From Hemiscyllium ocellatum (Eukaryota), in contig NC_083401.1 in NCBI RefSeq assembly GCF_020745735.1, forward strand, positions 124,307,740 to 124,371,739: DNA of 64,000 nt, in the 5' to 3' direction. Positions 46,435 to 59,790 of this stretch are shown one piece after another. The notes under the pieces were generated by a model. The model ran no database searches, had not been told where the DNA came from, and worked only from the letters and a program-made list of their open reading frames with translations. Position 1 is the first letter of the stretch; every line of letters starts with the position of its first letter. Both the position numbers and the translations under genes were made by a program.

Positions 46435-47570
46435 TTTCAGCTCTGATCTCCAGCATCTGCAGACCTCACTTTTTACTCCATTCAAGTAATGCATGTTTCA
46501 TGGTGTAATCAGTCTGACTGCTACGAAGATGCTTTACGTGTAATATTGATTGGAAGACTTTGTGGAAAAAGGAATTCATTCCAAGTTCTGTAACATAATC
46601 TTGAGGGTAATTGAAAGAATAATAGACATTTGCATTTTTTTTAAGTAAAGCTTCCTAGAAATCTCAAAAGTGGTGAAACCACCTGTTTTGCTTCAGACTC
46701 GGTTAAGGTTGGGTTTGAACAGTAACTGGCTTGAAAAGGTTTTTGTTTTACTTGAACCATTTGGAAACTGAGAACAAGGTGGGTTGGCTGAAAGTGGATG
46801 GGTTGCTGTTCATCTCTCCTAAGTAAGCTGTGTCTGACAGACGTCAGAGACGCTTGTGCAAATTCAGTGATTTGGCGACACTTGTGAGAACATCAGAGCA
46901 CCAGACTCCGGAAGATCTTAACAGTTTATCTTTTTTACCTTCAAGATCAACCCTTTAACTATTGTGTTTTTGTTTCAGAAACATTAACTTTACTTTCTGT
47001 CCACAGTTACCAGACCTGCTGAATTTCTCCAGCTATTTCAGTTTTTGTTTCAGATCTACAGCATCCGTAGTTCTTTGTTATATTTTGCCAGATAGCTGTT
47101 CCTTGCTAAAAAGTTTTTAATGCCCCTTCTATAGGTTCCTTATTGCTGTGAGGCTCAACATCACCGTTGGCAACAGACAGTTTTGTTTTTATGCCACCTA
47201 GTTTCATCAACTGTTGTAGCAACAGAGTGAAAAGCACAAGATGAGGCACATCTCTAGTCCTTCACCTTTTCCTGGGACTCTCTTTCCTTGCAAGCACAGA
47301 AACATGATGCAACCATAAATGATGGTACCTGGTCATGATAGGCAGGAGAGCAAAAGGATATGATAAATAATTGCTTGGAAAATGCAATAGGTGGTCTCCC
47401 TGTATTTAACTGAAGTTTCTGAAGAATACAAGTCTAAGCATTGTATTTCAATTATGCTTTGCTTGCAATGCACAATATTCTGAACAAGTAAAATTATATA
47501 TATGCTGTGTTAAATATAATTTGATCATTTCCGATACAATTGGATTACAATTAGTGTTTTCAACTTGCAG

Positions 47571-48113
47571 GTCTTTCGTCTACTGGTCCAAGTACAAGCA
47601 AAGCTGATGATGCTCTTTCTATTCTGGACACAATAACCTCACTTAATCAGGAAGCCAGTGCGGCCAGGTCTACAGTAGAAAATGCATCGAATAAGAATGG
47701 TGAAAAGAGCTCCAAGAAAAACTTTACTTCAGAATTCAAGTCTCAACAAAGTTTTGATTTGGGAATGGAGAAAGATCGCACTAATGAAGAGTTAGAAAAA
47801 CTTGCGTTAGAAACCAAAATAGATGATGGAAGGATTTGTTCTAAGTCAGAAGGCTCAAATAACATTTTAATGCCTGTGAAAGATTTTGAGGAAAAAAATG
47901 CAACATCTGAGATCATAGAAGAATGTCTTGAAGATATGAATGCAATAAAGGACAAAATTGATAAGGTGGATAAGAAGGATGTTCTAAGAAAGGATGAATA
48001 TTCTGGATTTTCAAAGGAGGAAAGAAGAGGAAAGGGAAAAGAATATGAATCTATGAAATACATCACTGCGGCTCTAACCATTAAGCAGAAAGCCAAGGAA
48101 AACTTAAAGAAAG
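47571..48113 (+). CDS. BOD1L1: BOD1L1 coding exon 4 (..DDALSILDTITSLNQEASAARS..KAKENLKK)
   Basis: ttgcag acceptor, GT donor at 48114, phase 1 to 1, open 543 nt; the SILxTITSLNQEASAAR motif distinguishes BOD1L1 from short BOD1. Confidence 0.9.
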
Positions 48114-50282
48114 GTAGTGTGAATTCTTCATTGTAGTTTGCACTAGCAGACAATTTTAAAACTCTGCACATTTTGATTAATGTGCATGCAGTTTTAACAG
48201 ATAATCAAAAGCATGCTTAAAATACAAGGAGATTAAAATATTGAGCTTTTTTCCTTGAGTATTATATTCGAGACTGAAAATTTTAAAAAGTTCACATTGA
48301 ATGAATATATACAGAAAAATGAATTTGTCAAAATAATTTGTGAAATTTTGTATTCATCCTTTGGTGGTCTTAAATATGAGTCTTTCCTTTTCAAATGGAT
48401 ACTTACACTGCCAATACCTATCTCAAAATCTATCTTTCCCGTGTACATAATATAGCTTTGCAAGGTGCAGCAAGCAAAATTGATAATTATTGACTAATAT
48501 ATCTACGCTGATTATTTCTAACAGATATTTTTTACAATAATAAAGCATTTCCAAACAGGAAATGTTTAGTTATTTCCATATTAAACTACACAAAGCATTG
48601 TGAATAATGTTTGAGATAGAGAGACAAATTTTGAGAGGTTATTTGATGTAGGTATGTTGCAAATAAATTAATAAAACTCCAGCAGTGGCACTAAGTGGAT
48701 TTTGATGGCATCTGTCAAAGAATACTGAGAAAAGTTGTACTGGGAATGAGCTTTTAGCACATCTTTCAAGCAGCTTTGATATAAGGTGACTGATCGGTTG
48801 CCAAAGTGACATGTCTGCTCAGGAGTTCATTCAGGACAGCTGACATGGTTTTGTGAAAGTCAATTTGGGACAAATTTAATGGAGTTCTGTAGGAATTAAC
48901 AATCTAGTAGTGAAAGAAATGTCGTGGATAAAATGTCTGTGATTTTCGAAGGACGATTGAAGTGTAAAATATGAAGTTTGCTCATTAAAAATTAATCTGC
49001 ACACTAATAAAGGAAACATGCTCGCCATCTAATAAAGAGTTGGTTAAAAAACAGAAACTAGATCAGCGATTAATGAATATTTTTAACACTGGAGAGATGT
49101 AAAGATAATGAAACCTGGCTATCAGCGTTTAACTAATTTTTCTATTTAAGTGATCTAGACCTGGATTTAGGGAGCACAAAATTAATTTGTGCACATTGAA
49201 ATTTGCTTAATTTTAAAGTGATAAATTGATTAAGAGGTAGGTAAACCCATAGTGAAAATAAATTAATACACATTTTTGAAAATAAAAGGCATGAAAGTCT
49301 GCAGAAAAGATTCAATAAAAATATCAATTATGTTTCATTAAACAGAAATTCACTTACAATTCACATTTAAAACTAAATCTTTAATTGGTTTATTTACTTT
49401 CTTTGCATATATTCATCACCATCCACCTTTTTTAATACGCCACTCACCGTCTTTCTGATGTGGGAGGGTTTTTTTATACTAGTCTGTTTCTGCTTCTGAC
49501 ATGTTCATCTCAGTTACATGCTTTGCCACATGTCTTTTGTATGATAACTTATCCCATGCTTTTAAATACTCGAACAAGCTACATTCATTGTATTTTTTAT
49601 AACATCTACTACTGCAAATGATTCTGTTAAATAGTTCGTACTTGACCTGCAGTTTAGAAATTTGTGCTAACTGTCCCCTGAATAACTAATTGCCCTATAA
49701 TTTTCTGGTTCTAGATTTTGCTCATTATGAGGAGTAATAGCAGGCATTCTGCAATTCTTGATGTCCATTTTGTACACTTAGTTCCTCTAAAATGGAATGG
49801 TTGTGTTCTTGTGCAACCTCGCATTATGGAAAAATCACGCTTTAGAAACAGTGCTTAAAGTGTTGTTGATGTAAGCGCGTTACAACTAACACGTGTTTTA
49901 AAAGTTTGTGCTTTAGAAACTGTGTCCCCAATTCGTCAAAGACATTACAGAGAATTCATGTTAACAAAACATGCATTATGGTGGAAAGGCCCGTATTCCA
50001 TAAACTACTTGAAAATTCTAGCTGGAGCCTCCATTATATCTTGGGATGTTAGATGTAAATCCAAGTTCCTGTAATTTGTCTGAATGAACATGAGCCTCCA
50101 GTATTAGACGTACACACACCTCTGACAATTCTACAGCATTGTATCACACAACTGTGTAAAAAGCTAGTGTTTCATTTCAGCCATTGCCTCTTGCTGAAAC
50201 TCACATTGTCTTTTAATTGGCCTACCCATATTGGACATCCTCTGCATATTTAGTTACTTTGTAAGATGAATAGAGTGCGGGA

Positions 50283-50620
50283 AGCAATGGCCTAGTGGTA
50301 TTATTGCTGGACTGTTAATCTAGAGGCCCAGATAGTGTATTAGGGACCAGGGTTGGATTCCCACCACAGCAAATGGTGGAATTTGAATTCAGTAAATATT
50401 TGGAATTAAAAATCTAATGATGACTCATGAGTCGCATTGCTGATTGTTGGGACAATCCCATCTGGTTTAGGGAAGGAAACTGCCATCCTTACCTGGTCAG
50501 GCTTCCATGCAACTCCAAGCCACAGCAATGTGATTGACTCTTGGCTGCCCTCTGGGCAATTTTGGGTGGGCAATAAATGGTGCCTAGCCAGTGACCCCCT
50601 CATCCCATGAATGATAAAGA
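50283..50620 (+). mobile_element. Deu-domain SINE (SacSINE1-like)
   Basis: tRNA-like head (ggcctagtggt..., ggttggattccc), Deu-like core 'agggaaggaaactgccatccttacctggtcaggc', and LINE-type tail 'gggcaataaatgg...catcccatgaatga'. Confidence 0.65.
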
Positions 50621-50854
50621 AGTAAAACTATATTTTAATATTTCAGAATCATGACTGGTTGCAATACCAATCTAATACATTGTCTGTATTCCATCACTCC
50701 AGAAAGGTCGATTACAGTTTTTAAAAAAATTTAGTTGAGAGAAAGATAAAGTATGGGACAAAAACTGTCCAGTAGAATTTTTTTGGGAATTAGTTTCTAA
50801 GAGAAATTTCACATTTTTGGAATTTTAAAGCTAAACTACATTGTCATTTTTCAG

Positions 50855-51016
50855 AATATTCTTTTGAGGATTCTGATTTTGAAGGCCTTAGCGACATCAC
50901 TGTAAGTTCAGTACATACCAGTGATCTGTCGTCTTTTGATGTGGATGATGAAGAGGAGGAGGGTGAAATTGCAGCTTCTGACAGCACTGAAGACAACCAA
51001 GAACAAAGTTCAGAAG
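50855..51016 (+). CDS. BOD1L1: BOD1L1 coding exon 5 (YSFEDSDFEGLSDITVSSVHTSDLSSFD..)
   Basis: ttttcag acceptor, GT donor at 51017, phase 1 to 1; conserved LSDITVSSVHTSDLSSF motif. Confidence 0.93.
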
Positions 51017-54000
51017 GTACTGCATCTATTTTCAATAACTTGTGTCATTCATCGGATTTATTATGAGCCAAGATGAGCAAAAGATTAAGCTATGAAGTCA
51101 GACTGTATAATTTATTTATTTCAGATAATTTATTTCATATTCCGTGTCAGACTCATGAACACTAGCCTCCAAAAGTTAATATTTTAGCTGTAGATCATTC
51201 TTCAAAACTGAAAATTAAAATATAAGCAAGGCGTTAAATACTAGTTATTTTAGTCCCAGCTTGTTATTGGGTATCTGTTTTAAGGACTAAGCAAAGCTGA
51301 ATCAGTTTATATTGAAATAACGTGCGTGTAGTCTCCGTATTTTCTGAGTTTATTATTTGAATATTACATGATGTAACTCCATAAATTTGAAAGTAAAATT
51401 GCAAAACTGGTTTAAAAGTCACCTTACTTTGAAAACATGTTAGATCTTATAAGGAACTACTTAATATGTAATATACTTTGTGTCAAAGTAAGTCTTGCTT
51501 AGATTCACCACTTGGGTTAAAATAGCAGAAAAGTTTTGCTAATACCAAAAGGAGAGTCATTAAGGAAATTTCGTATCATCAACATTTTATACCGAGAAAG
51601 ATATGACATTGGGTTTTACATACAGTAGTGTCATCAAATAATGACAGCGCAGAATGACTCCATTTGATCTGTTGGATCTGTGCTGGCTTTCTATAAGTCC
51701 AATTTATAATTCCACTCACTGTCCCTCTGCCAGAAATCTGCACTTTTCTCTCTTTCAGATGTTTATCCTGTTCTCTTTTTTGAAAGCCACAGCTGAATTT
51801 GTCTCCAACACCTTTTCAAGAAGTGCATTCTATTTCATAACCATACCTTGTACTAAAAAGGCCATTCCTCCTATTGTCTTTGGTTCTTCTGCCAGCCACT
51901 TTAAATTTAATGACATCTGGTTCCTGTCCCTTTTGTCAATGGGAATAGTTTCTTTCTACTTTGTCTTTATGGCCCTTCATGATCTTCAACAAATCTATCA
52001 AATCTCCACTCCTCTAAAGGTAACCATCCCAAATTTACCCGTTTATTGACATAATTGGAGTTTCTCATCCCTCGAACTATCTTTTCTGCACCTTCTAAAA
52101 ACATTCGCATCCTTCCCAAAGTCTGGTGCCCAGAAGTGAAAGCAATGCCTCAGTTAAGGCAAATCAATCTTTTACAAACATTCATTCCAATATTCTTGGT
52201 TTTGTACTCTGTTGACTTTATAAATTCAGGATCCTATATGTTTATGAACTCAGGAGCCTATTCTGCCATCTGTGGTTATTTTTGCACATATGCCCATAGG
52301 TTTCTCTGTTCCTGCACCCCCTTTACAATTATGCCTTTAGTTTATATAATTTCTCCACATTTTTCATATCCAAATATGTCACTTTACAGTCATCTGCATT
52401 AACTTGCAACTCCCATGAATCTGGTCATTTCATCAGCCTGTTTATGCTTTGAATTCTTTTACTATCCATCTCACAGTTTAGTACTTTAACTTTTGTGTCA
52501 TCTGTAAATTTTGATATTGAGCCTTGTTACTCCCAAGTTTAAATCATTGATAAATACAGAATAACAATGATCTTAGTACTGAACCCTGGGAATCCCTTGT
52601 GTACCTACCTTCAATTGCTGAAGCAACCATTTGTCAATGCTATTCCTTTTCATTTTACGAACTTTGTTTCCCTTATATTCCATGTGCTAGTGCTAACCCT
52701 TGCCTTATCGCTGTAAACCATATTGTTTGGGAGTTCATTGACATCATGTTAACTGCGTTACCCCCTCTGTTTCCTCAGCACAAGAATATTTTAAGCCTTA
52801 GTCAAGTTATTTAAGCATTAGGTAATTAAAATAATTAGAATATTTTGTGACTAAGAATTTCTTAGATTACTTTGGGTAAGTACCTCAACTGTTTTCATAA
52901 CCAAATAAAATGTTTTTTTAAATCTAACTTTTTTTTGGGAATAAATTAAGCACTCAAAACAGCAACTTTCACGCATTTTATTTCTTGCTGTCAAATTTGT
53001 GCAGGCTCTTGTTAGACAGCATTTAGAACATTGAAACTAAAATGGATATTGAGATATTTCTACTGTTATGAGAGACTAGGACGATAGGTACAGTCTCAGA
53101 GTGAATGGAAAACCCTTTAGAACGGAGACGTGACAGAATTTCTTCAACCAGAATATGGTGAATCTGTGGGACTCATTGAGTGTCTTTAGGATAGGTTCTT
53201 AATTAGTAATGGGGCAAAGTCAGATGAATGAGGTTGAAAAACATTTCAGCTATACTTGAATGGTAGAGCAGGCTCGTGGGCTGAATGGCTTAATTCTGCT
53301 GCTATAGCTTATGGTGTTGTGGCATCTGAAAACCAAAAATGTCCTTCATCTGAACAATATTTGGTCCTGAGGCTTTTAAACTAACGATTCCAAACTACAT
53401 ACTCCATCTGCTAACTTGCTGCCCACTCATTTGATCTTTCTGTATCTTTTTGTTGCATTTTATTTCTCAACTTGCTTTGTATTCTCAACTAACTTGGGTA
53501 CATTAGAATTGGTTTCTGCCTGTAAGGGGTCAATGTTTGCTTTAATGAGACTTATTCTTTTTATTGACTCATTAAAAACTCTTTCAATCGATATTTATAT
53601 ACCTTGCTAGTTTGGACTCATTCTTTATATCCCCTTTCAACATTTGGGCACCCTTTGCTGGCTTTGAAAAGACTGAACTATCAGACTTTATAATCTTTGT
53701 AACAATGTAAGCTTTGACCTTCAACTAATACTCTCTTTAGCTTTGTTTGAAGGCAAAGATGGATCTTTTGTACTGACGGGCTGGATGGCCTACTTCCACA
53801 CTCTAAGGATTCTAAGATATGTACACTATCTGTCCTCTCCTCAATAATCTGTTGAGTTGATCATGAACTTTATAAAATCAATTTTGCTTGTGCAGCTGCC
53901 AATAGAAAGCAAAAGCATATTGAGAGTACAGATTAGTGTATAAAACTTCCATTTTCACATTAAATAGTAGCAGATAGCGCATTTGCACATGAAATTAAAT

Positions 54001-54389
54001 CTGTCAAATGTCCTTAAAGAATGATATTGTGGTATGTTGTGTGTTTTAGACATACTGCATCAGTAATTATATATAAGCAAGAATGCCAAATCATTTACTA
54101 CTAAAAAATAAGTTTCAAGTTGTTAGATGCGTAAATAATTTGATGTCACAAATCATTAGCGAGGGGGCACCTGAAATTAAGCACGCACGACATGGTAATC
54201 CCTTCATTGAAAGAAGCAGCATGTCTAAAGAAAGTGTTCATGGGGGGCAATTCCAGTGTAAAACAGCATGCTGCTCTGTGTTCATCCATCTCATGAATAT
54301 GGTATATTGTTCTGAGGAGTCAGGAAACTGAAGAAAAAATAATGTAAATAATTTTGGGCAGGTTTTGATCAAATATTATCTTTATTTAG

Positions 54390-54541
54390 AAAAAGATACT
54401 AAGTTGGAAACAAACGAGGATCAAAAGGAGGGACGAGCAAAACCCGTGCGACATCCATACATCCACAAACCATTTTTATATTCAAAGTATTATAGTGATT
54501 CAGATGATGAAGAAACAGTAGTTCAGCGTCGACAGTCAATC
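54390..54541 (+). CDS. BOD1L1: BOD1L1 coding exon 6 (..HKPFLYSKYYSDSDDEETVVQRRQSI)
   Basis: tttag acceptor, GTAAGT donor at 54542, phase 1 to 0; conserved YSKYYSDSDDE motif. Confidence 0.93.
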
Positions 54542-56057
54542 GTAAGTTTGAGCTATTGCTCATTCCTGTTGCTAGTTTGAAAGTTTGTACTTGGAATTGG
54601 AGGTTGTGGAATGAATGAGATAATTCGATGAAGTGGTATTTTAGTTTTATGCTACTGGTATGTTAGATAATTGACTTTGTGAATTTCCTGGCTTTGAGCT
54701 CAACTTGTTGCAGACCGAGAGAGGTTTGCTAATTTTTTATTTTTTGTTATTAATTTGGTTATTGCACTGTCATGTTAAATTATTCTCAGCCACTTACTTT
54801 ATAGACAAGGATTCTAATTTAACAAAAACATATAAGTATTGGGAAGTGCGGAACAGATTTGGTAGATCTGTGGATAAGGGAATAGTGTTGTGATTTCAGG
54901 TTGATCTTTCGCCAGAGCTAAGAATGTTAAATGTATCAAAGTTGTGGGTACTGAGACAGTATGAAAGGGAAAGCCTGTGATTGCTTGGAAGGCTAGGGAG
55001 GTTAGCTGATGAAAAGTGGTGCAAGGCAAAAATGTGTGTCAATGGATCACAACACAAAGGGACAAATAAGGAAATGAATGATGTGTCTCATAGAGACATA
55101 AAAGCAAATATCAAAGTTATCACCAACAGCTACGATAAGATAAAAAATAGGGCAGAAATTATGATCTAAAATTGTTGAAATAGATATCTGGCCCAGATGA
55201 ATGTAAAGTGCTTCATTGAAAGATGAGATGCTGTTCCTTAAGATAAAGGACGAGTTCAGAATGGAAAGAAGAATCAAAATGGCAATGGCCAGAAGCCCAT
55301 GGTTATGCTTTGGACTGAACACAGCATCCCTTTTTGTTCTCTTCTCTTACTTTTCTGTCTTTGACTTGCTAAAAACTTGTTACATCTCTAGGTTTTTCCA
55401 ATCAAAAGGTTTTAGACCTAAAGAGTTAACTGTGCCACTTTGCATGAATATTTTCTGAGAAATTTCCAGCATTTTCTGTTTTTATTTGATTTATAGCTTC
55501 TGTGCTGTTTTCTTTGGCATTTTATCTGTTCCTCTTTGAGATGACAATTGTGAACTTCACTTGTCATCTGTGACTTATTTCTCATTGCATAACTGAAAAA
55601 TATTTGGAAAGTAATGCTGGGATATTAATCTAGGATTGTGCAAACTGAAGTATGGGAACCACAAGATAAGTGCTTTCTTCCTACCAATCTAATGACGTCA
55701 GGAACCAGCTAAATTGTACTAGATATTTAATTTAAAACTTATTTATGTTTTAGCTTAAAATGCTGAACAATGCCACATTACTGGTTTCACTTTTAACAAG
55801 TTTGGAATACAAGTCCAAACTCTTTCATAGGAAAACACCTTAGTCACTTATCGTGCAAGGCATGAATCGCAAGTAGCAAGTACAATATAAGCCAATACTG
55901 AAATATCCAAATGGAAGATAAAAACAGTTGGCAGCCATGTAACAAGCACAGCTAGGAGCAGAATTTGAGCTTAACTGGCAGTTCTCGGCCATAACTGAAA
56001 GCTATGTATTGTGCACACTAGAGGTAATTGAAATACTGTTATCATCTATTTACATAG

Positions 56058-56202
56058 GCTAAAGAGAAAGCCGAACGGTTACTTAGGCGGCAGTGGAACA
56101 GGGAGAGAAGAGATGATAAGCGCAAACAGGTGGAAACTGATAAAGACAGACCACCAGAGGAGAGATGCAGTGATGAAGAACGTCATCACACATTGCAAAA
56201 AG
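56058..56202 (+). CDS. BOD1L1: BOD1L1 coding exon 7 (AKEKAERLLRRQWNRERRDDKRKQ..LQK)
   Basis: catag acceptor, GT donor at 56203, phase 0 to 1; matches the AKEKEERLLRR motif. Not in the ORF track because it is short. Confidence 0.88.
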
Positions 56203-56324
56203 GTAGTTAACTCTTTAATTCAAAGTTGCAAATGCTATGCATTTACTGTCAGACATTAAGTAGTTATTTTGTGTTTCCCAAATGATTTAATCCAGTTTAA
56301 TATGTTTTTCTTAACAAAATCTTT

Positions 56325-56930
56325 CATAGAATCCTAGAGTTGTACAGCATGGAAACAGACCCTTCTGTCCAACTCCATCCATGCTGACTAGATACCCTAC
56401 ATGAATCTAATCTCATTTGTCAGCAATTGGCCCATATCCGTCTAACCCTTCCTATTCATCTACCCATCTAGATGTCTTTTAAATGTTATAATTGTATCAG
56501 CCTCAAACCACTTCCTCTGGCAGCTCATTCCATACATGCACCACTTTCTTTGTGAAAAAGTTGCCTTTGAGGTTCCTTTTAAGTCTTTCCCCTCTCACCT
56601 TAAACCTATGCCCTCTAGTTTTTGGACTCCCCTCCTCAGGGGAAAAGGCCTTGACTAATTCACCCTGTCTAAGTCCCTCACGATTTTATAAATTCCTATA
56701 AACATCATCCTTCTGACCCTCCAGGGAAAATAGCCCAAGCCTCTTCAGCCTCTCTAAAGCTCAAACCTTTGCAACATCCTTGCTATAGCAGGGAGACCAG
56801 AATTGCACACAGTATTCCAAAAGTGACCTAACCTATGTTCCATACAACCCTAACATGACTTCCCAAATCCCAGAATCCATGCACTGACCAATAAATACAA
56901 GCATACCAAATGCCCCCTTCATTATCCTGT
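56325..56930 (-). mobile_element. CR1-like LINE 3' fragment, abutting a MITE-like end at about 56931
   Basis: Same tail as the 10200 copy ('cacttcctctggcagctcattccatac', 'ctctcaccttaaacctatgccc'). Confidence 0.75.
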
Positions 56931-57833
56931 CTACACAAGAACCTCGATAATCCGAACGAGGTGAGCAGACACTATTTTGTTCAGATAATTGATTATTCGG
57001 TTAATTGATTCAATGCCTCTCCTCCGAGGTTCAGTTTTCTGAAGCTTCCTTTTTCCTTGCTCTGCCTGCCTTGCTCCCCCTTGGGGTTTGTTTCTGAACA
57101 GACACACACTTGTGTGTAAGGGATCTGCAGCACTGCTGAAGCCCCCACTCCTCCCCCAATCAGTTCAATGGGCTTGACACAATGAGCACTTGCTAAGTCC
57201 CCATTCAGGAGACTAGGCAGCAGCACACCGCACGTTAAGAAACTTTGAACCTGCACTCAATTACAATGTATGTAGTCAAACTGTTTAGGAATTCTTTCCT
57301 TCAAAAGTGTACCCAGATGCATGTATCCTCATCAGAGAATGCCCTCCATGTATCAATCTGTGATATCAGTCACCCCCATCAGACTGGCTAAAGGCTCTGG
57401 AATAGTTGAAAAGGTTGAATGCGTCAACCAATGTTGAAAACATTTTCCTTGCTGATTAGTTAGAACTATATGGAAATTAGTTTATAGTCATGTTTATCAA
57501 GATTTACAGATCTTTTATTATCCTGACTTGATGCAAAATATTCCTGTTAGTGGTGTCTGTAAACTTGTAAACATTTTGTCAATTTTTTGTTTGTGCAAGC
57601 AAGTTATATAGAATGTTTCTAAAATAACATTAAGCAATGTACTTCCATGTTCTTAGCTGAAAACCAAGTGTGTACGACTAATATGCTAAGAACTGCAATT
57701 TGATTCTTTGACATTGTGATCCTTCAATGATAGCATTTAGTCTTGCGTATTTATTAAATTTTGGGTCTTTAAAGTGTCTGACGATTAAATTCTAATTATT
57801 TTTATTCTCTCTCTCCCGTAATATTTATTCCAG

Positions 57834-57984
57834 GTGTTGGCAGTAATTCAGATGTTGTAATGAATTCAAGGAAAATGCAACAATCAACAGCCCTAAATTC
57901 TAAAGTAAATAAAGCAACATTGAAAGAACAAAGGGTCTTAGAGAAAAAAGTGGCATTAAGAAGAAAAAGAAAACGAGATTTAAG
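57834..57984 (+). CDS. BOD1L1: BOD1L1 coding exon 8 (..LKEQRVLEKKVALRRKRKRDL); last exon recognisable in the window
   Basis: Polypyrimidine tract plus ccag acceptor, GTATGA donor at 57985, phase 1 to 2; VLEKKVAL basic (NLS-like) motif. Confidence 0.88.
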
Positions 57985-58149
57985 GTATGATAATTCCTCG
58001 GGCATTGTCTGAGGAAGAAAATTTCCTTGGATAACTGATAAAATGACTCGTAATGTACATGACCTATGTTAGCCTGCAGTATCCCAGAATCATTCCATTG
58101 CAGAAAGAGGCCATTTGGTCCATCATGCAACTCGCCATTTAGATACAAA

Positions 58150-59790
58150 ATTGGTTTGAAGGTAGGAGACAGGTTGGAGGGTTGCTTTTCAGGCTAGAGG
58201 CCTGTGATCAGTGGTGTGCTGCAAGCATCGCTGCTGGACCCACTGCTTTTAGTCATTTATGTAAATGATTCGGATTTGTTATGAAGATGTGGATGTACCT
58301 ATAAGAGAGTTAAAAGCTGCAGAACTACTGAACGCAATTCTTAATAAGGCAACAGTGTAACATGGGGTCGGACAACTCGATTAGTTCATCGCCTGGAGAC
58401 AAAAACAAATTTGAATTTGGCCAATCAGTTTAAATTATACTCCAAAAAAAAAATACCAGTTTCCAATCCTGTTTGAATTGAGTATATTGGCAATCTTAAA
58501 AACCAGTAGCACAATCCGATGTCCTGGGGTATAAAACTGGGGAAAAATTGAATAGTTGAGGGGAGTATGGCCAAGTCCTAGCATGTAACAGACTGCTCAA
58601 AAAGAATATCCCTTTTAAAAGTACCTTTTCGATCAGTAACCTGCGACACAGAAATTCCTAACAAGGAGAAAATAAGACTCAGAAAGATCCGAAGACAAGA
58701 ATCTAAGCTGCCTCGTTTTGAGATAAGAAATGTTGTTTTATAAATCTTAGTTGGGAGTTTTATCAGACTAGTATTGTAGAAGGAAAGATAGGTTAGAGAA
58801 AGAAATTGTAAGTAGTGGTTCTTTCATTATTCTTTGTTATAATTCAAGAAATAAAGTTGTTAATGTTTACTTTACATAAGTTCTTGGAGCCGCTCAAATG
58901 TTTACAGATTACTGCATGGGATAAATTGTTTCTGTGTTGCTGGTTTTAAAATTAAGCAGGAGAGTTTACCCCGTGTCGTAACAGATGTGAATAAAGGAGG
59001 TATGGTTAGTAAAATTGGTGGTGTCATGGACAGCGAAAAATGTTACCTCAGAGTGCAAGGAACCTTGATTAGATGGGCCAAGAAGTGGCAGGTGGAGTTT
59101 AATCTAGATAAAAGTGAGGTGCTACATCTTGCTAGGCAAATAGGGCAAGACTTATACATGTAATGGTAAGGCCCTAGGGATTGTTGCTGAAGAAATAGAC
59201 CTTGGAGCAGAGGTTCATATTCGTTGAAAGTGGAGTTGCAGGTAGACAGGATAGTGAAGAAGGCATTTGGTACACTAGCCTTTATTGGTCAGTGCATCAA
59301 CTGTAGGAGCTATACGAAAGATGTGAAACTTGAAGGGACAGAAAGATTACAAGGATGTTGCTAGGCAGAGGATGAATAGGCTGGGGCTGTTTTCCCTGGT
59401 ACGTCTGAGGCTGAGAGGTGACCTTTATAGATGTTCATAAAGTCATGAGGGGTCTGGATAGAGTGCATAGTCAAGGTCTTTTCCCAGGGTAGGGGAGTCC
59501 AAAACTAGAAGGCATAGTTTTAAGGTTAGAGGGGAAGGATTTAACAGAGACCTAAGGCCCAACGTTTTCACGCAGAGGTTGGTGTGTGTATGGAATGAGC
59601 TTCCAGAAGATGTAGTAGAGGATGGTACAATTACAACATTTGAAAGAGCATCTCGATGGATAAATGAATAGGCTGGGTTTAGAGGAGTATGGGCCAAATG
59701 GAACTAGATTAGTTTAAAACATCTGTTCGGCATTAACGAGTTGGACTGAAGGGTCTGTTTCCATGCTGTACATCTCTACAACTCTATGAC
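58150..59790 (+). mobile_element. CR1-like LINE 3' part, interrupted by a solo LTR
   Basis: 'ggacccactgcttttagtcatttatgtaaatga' (RT) resumes after the LTR as 'gatgtgaata..ggttagtaaa..ggtggtgtcatggacagcgaa'; tail at about 59750-59790. Confidence 0.8.
58277..58983 (+). mobile_element. Solo LTR (707 bp)
   Basis: TG...CA ends with an imperfect terminal inverted repeat (tgttatga / tcgtaaca), 4-bp flanks gatt/gatg, CCAAT 58421, TATAAAA 58530 and AATAAA 58850; splits a CR1 RT. Confidence 0.75.
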
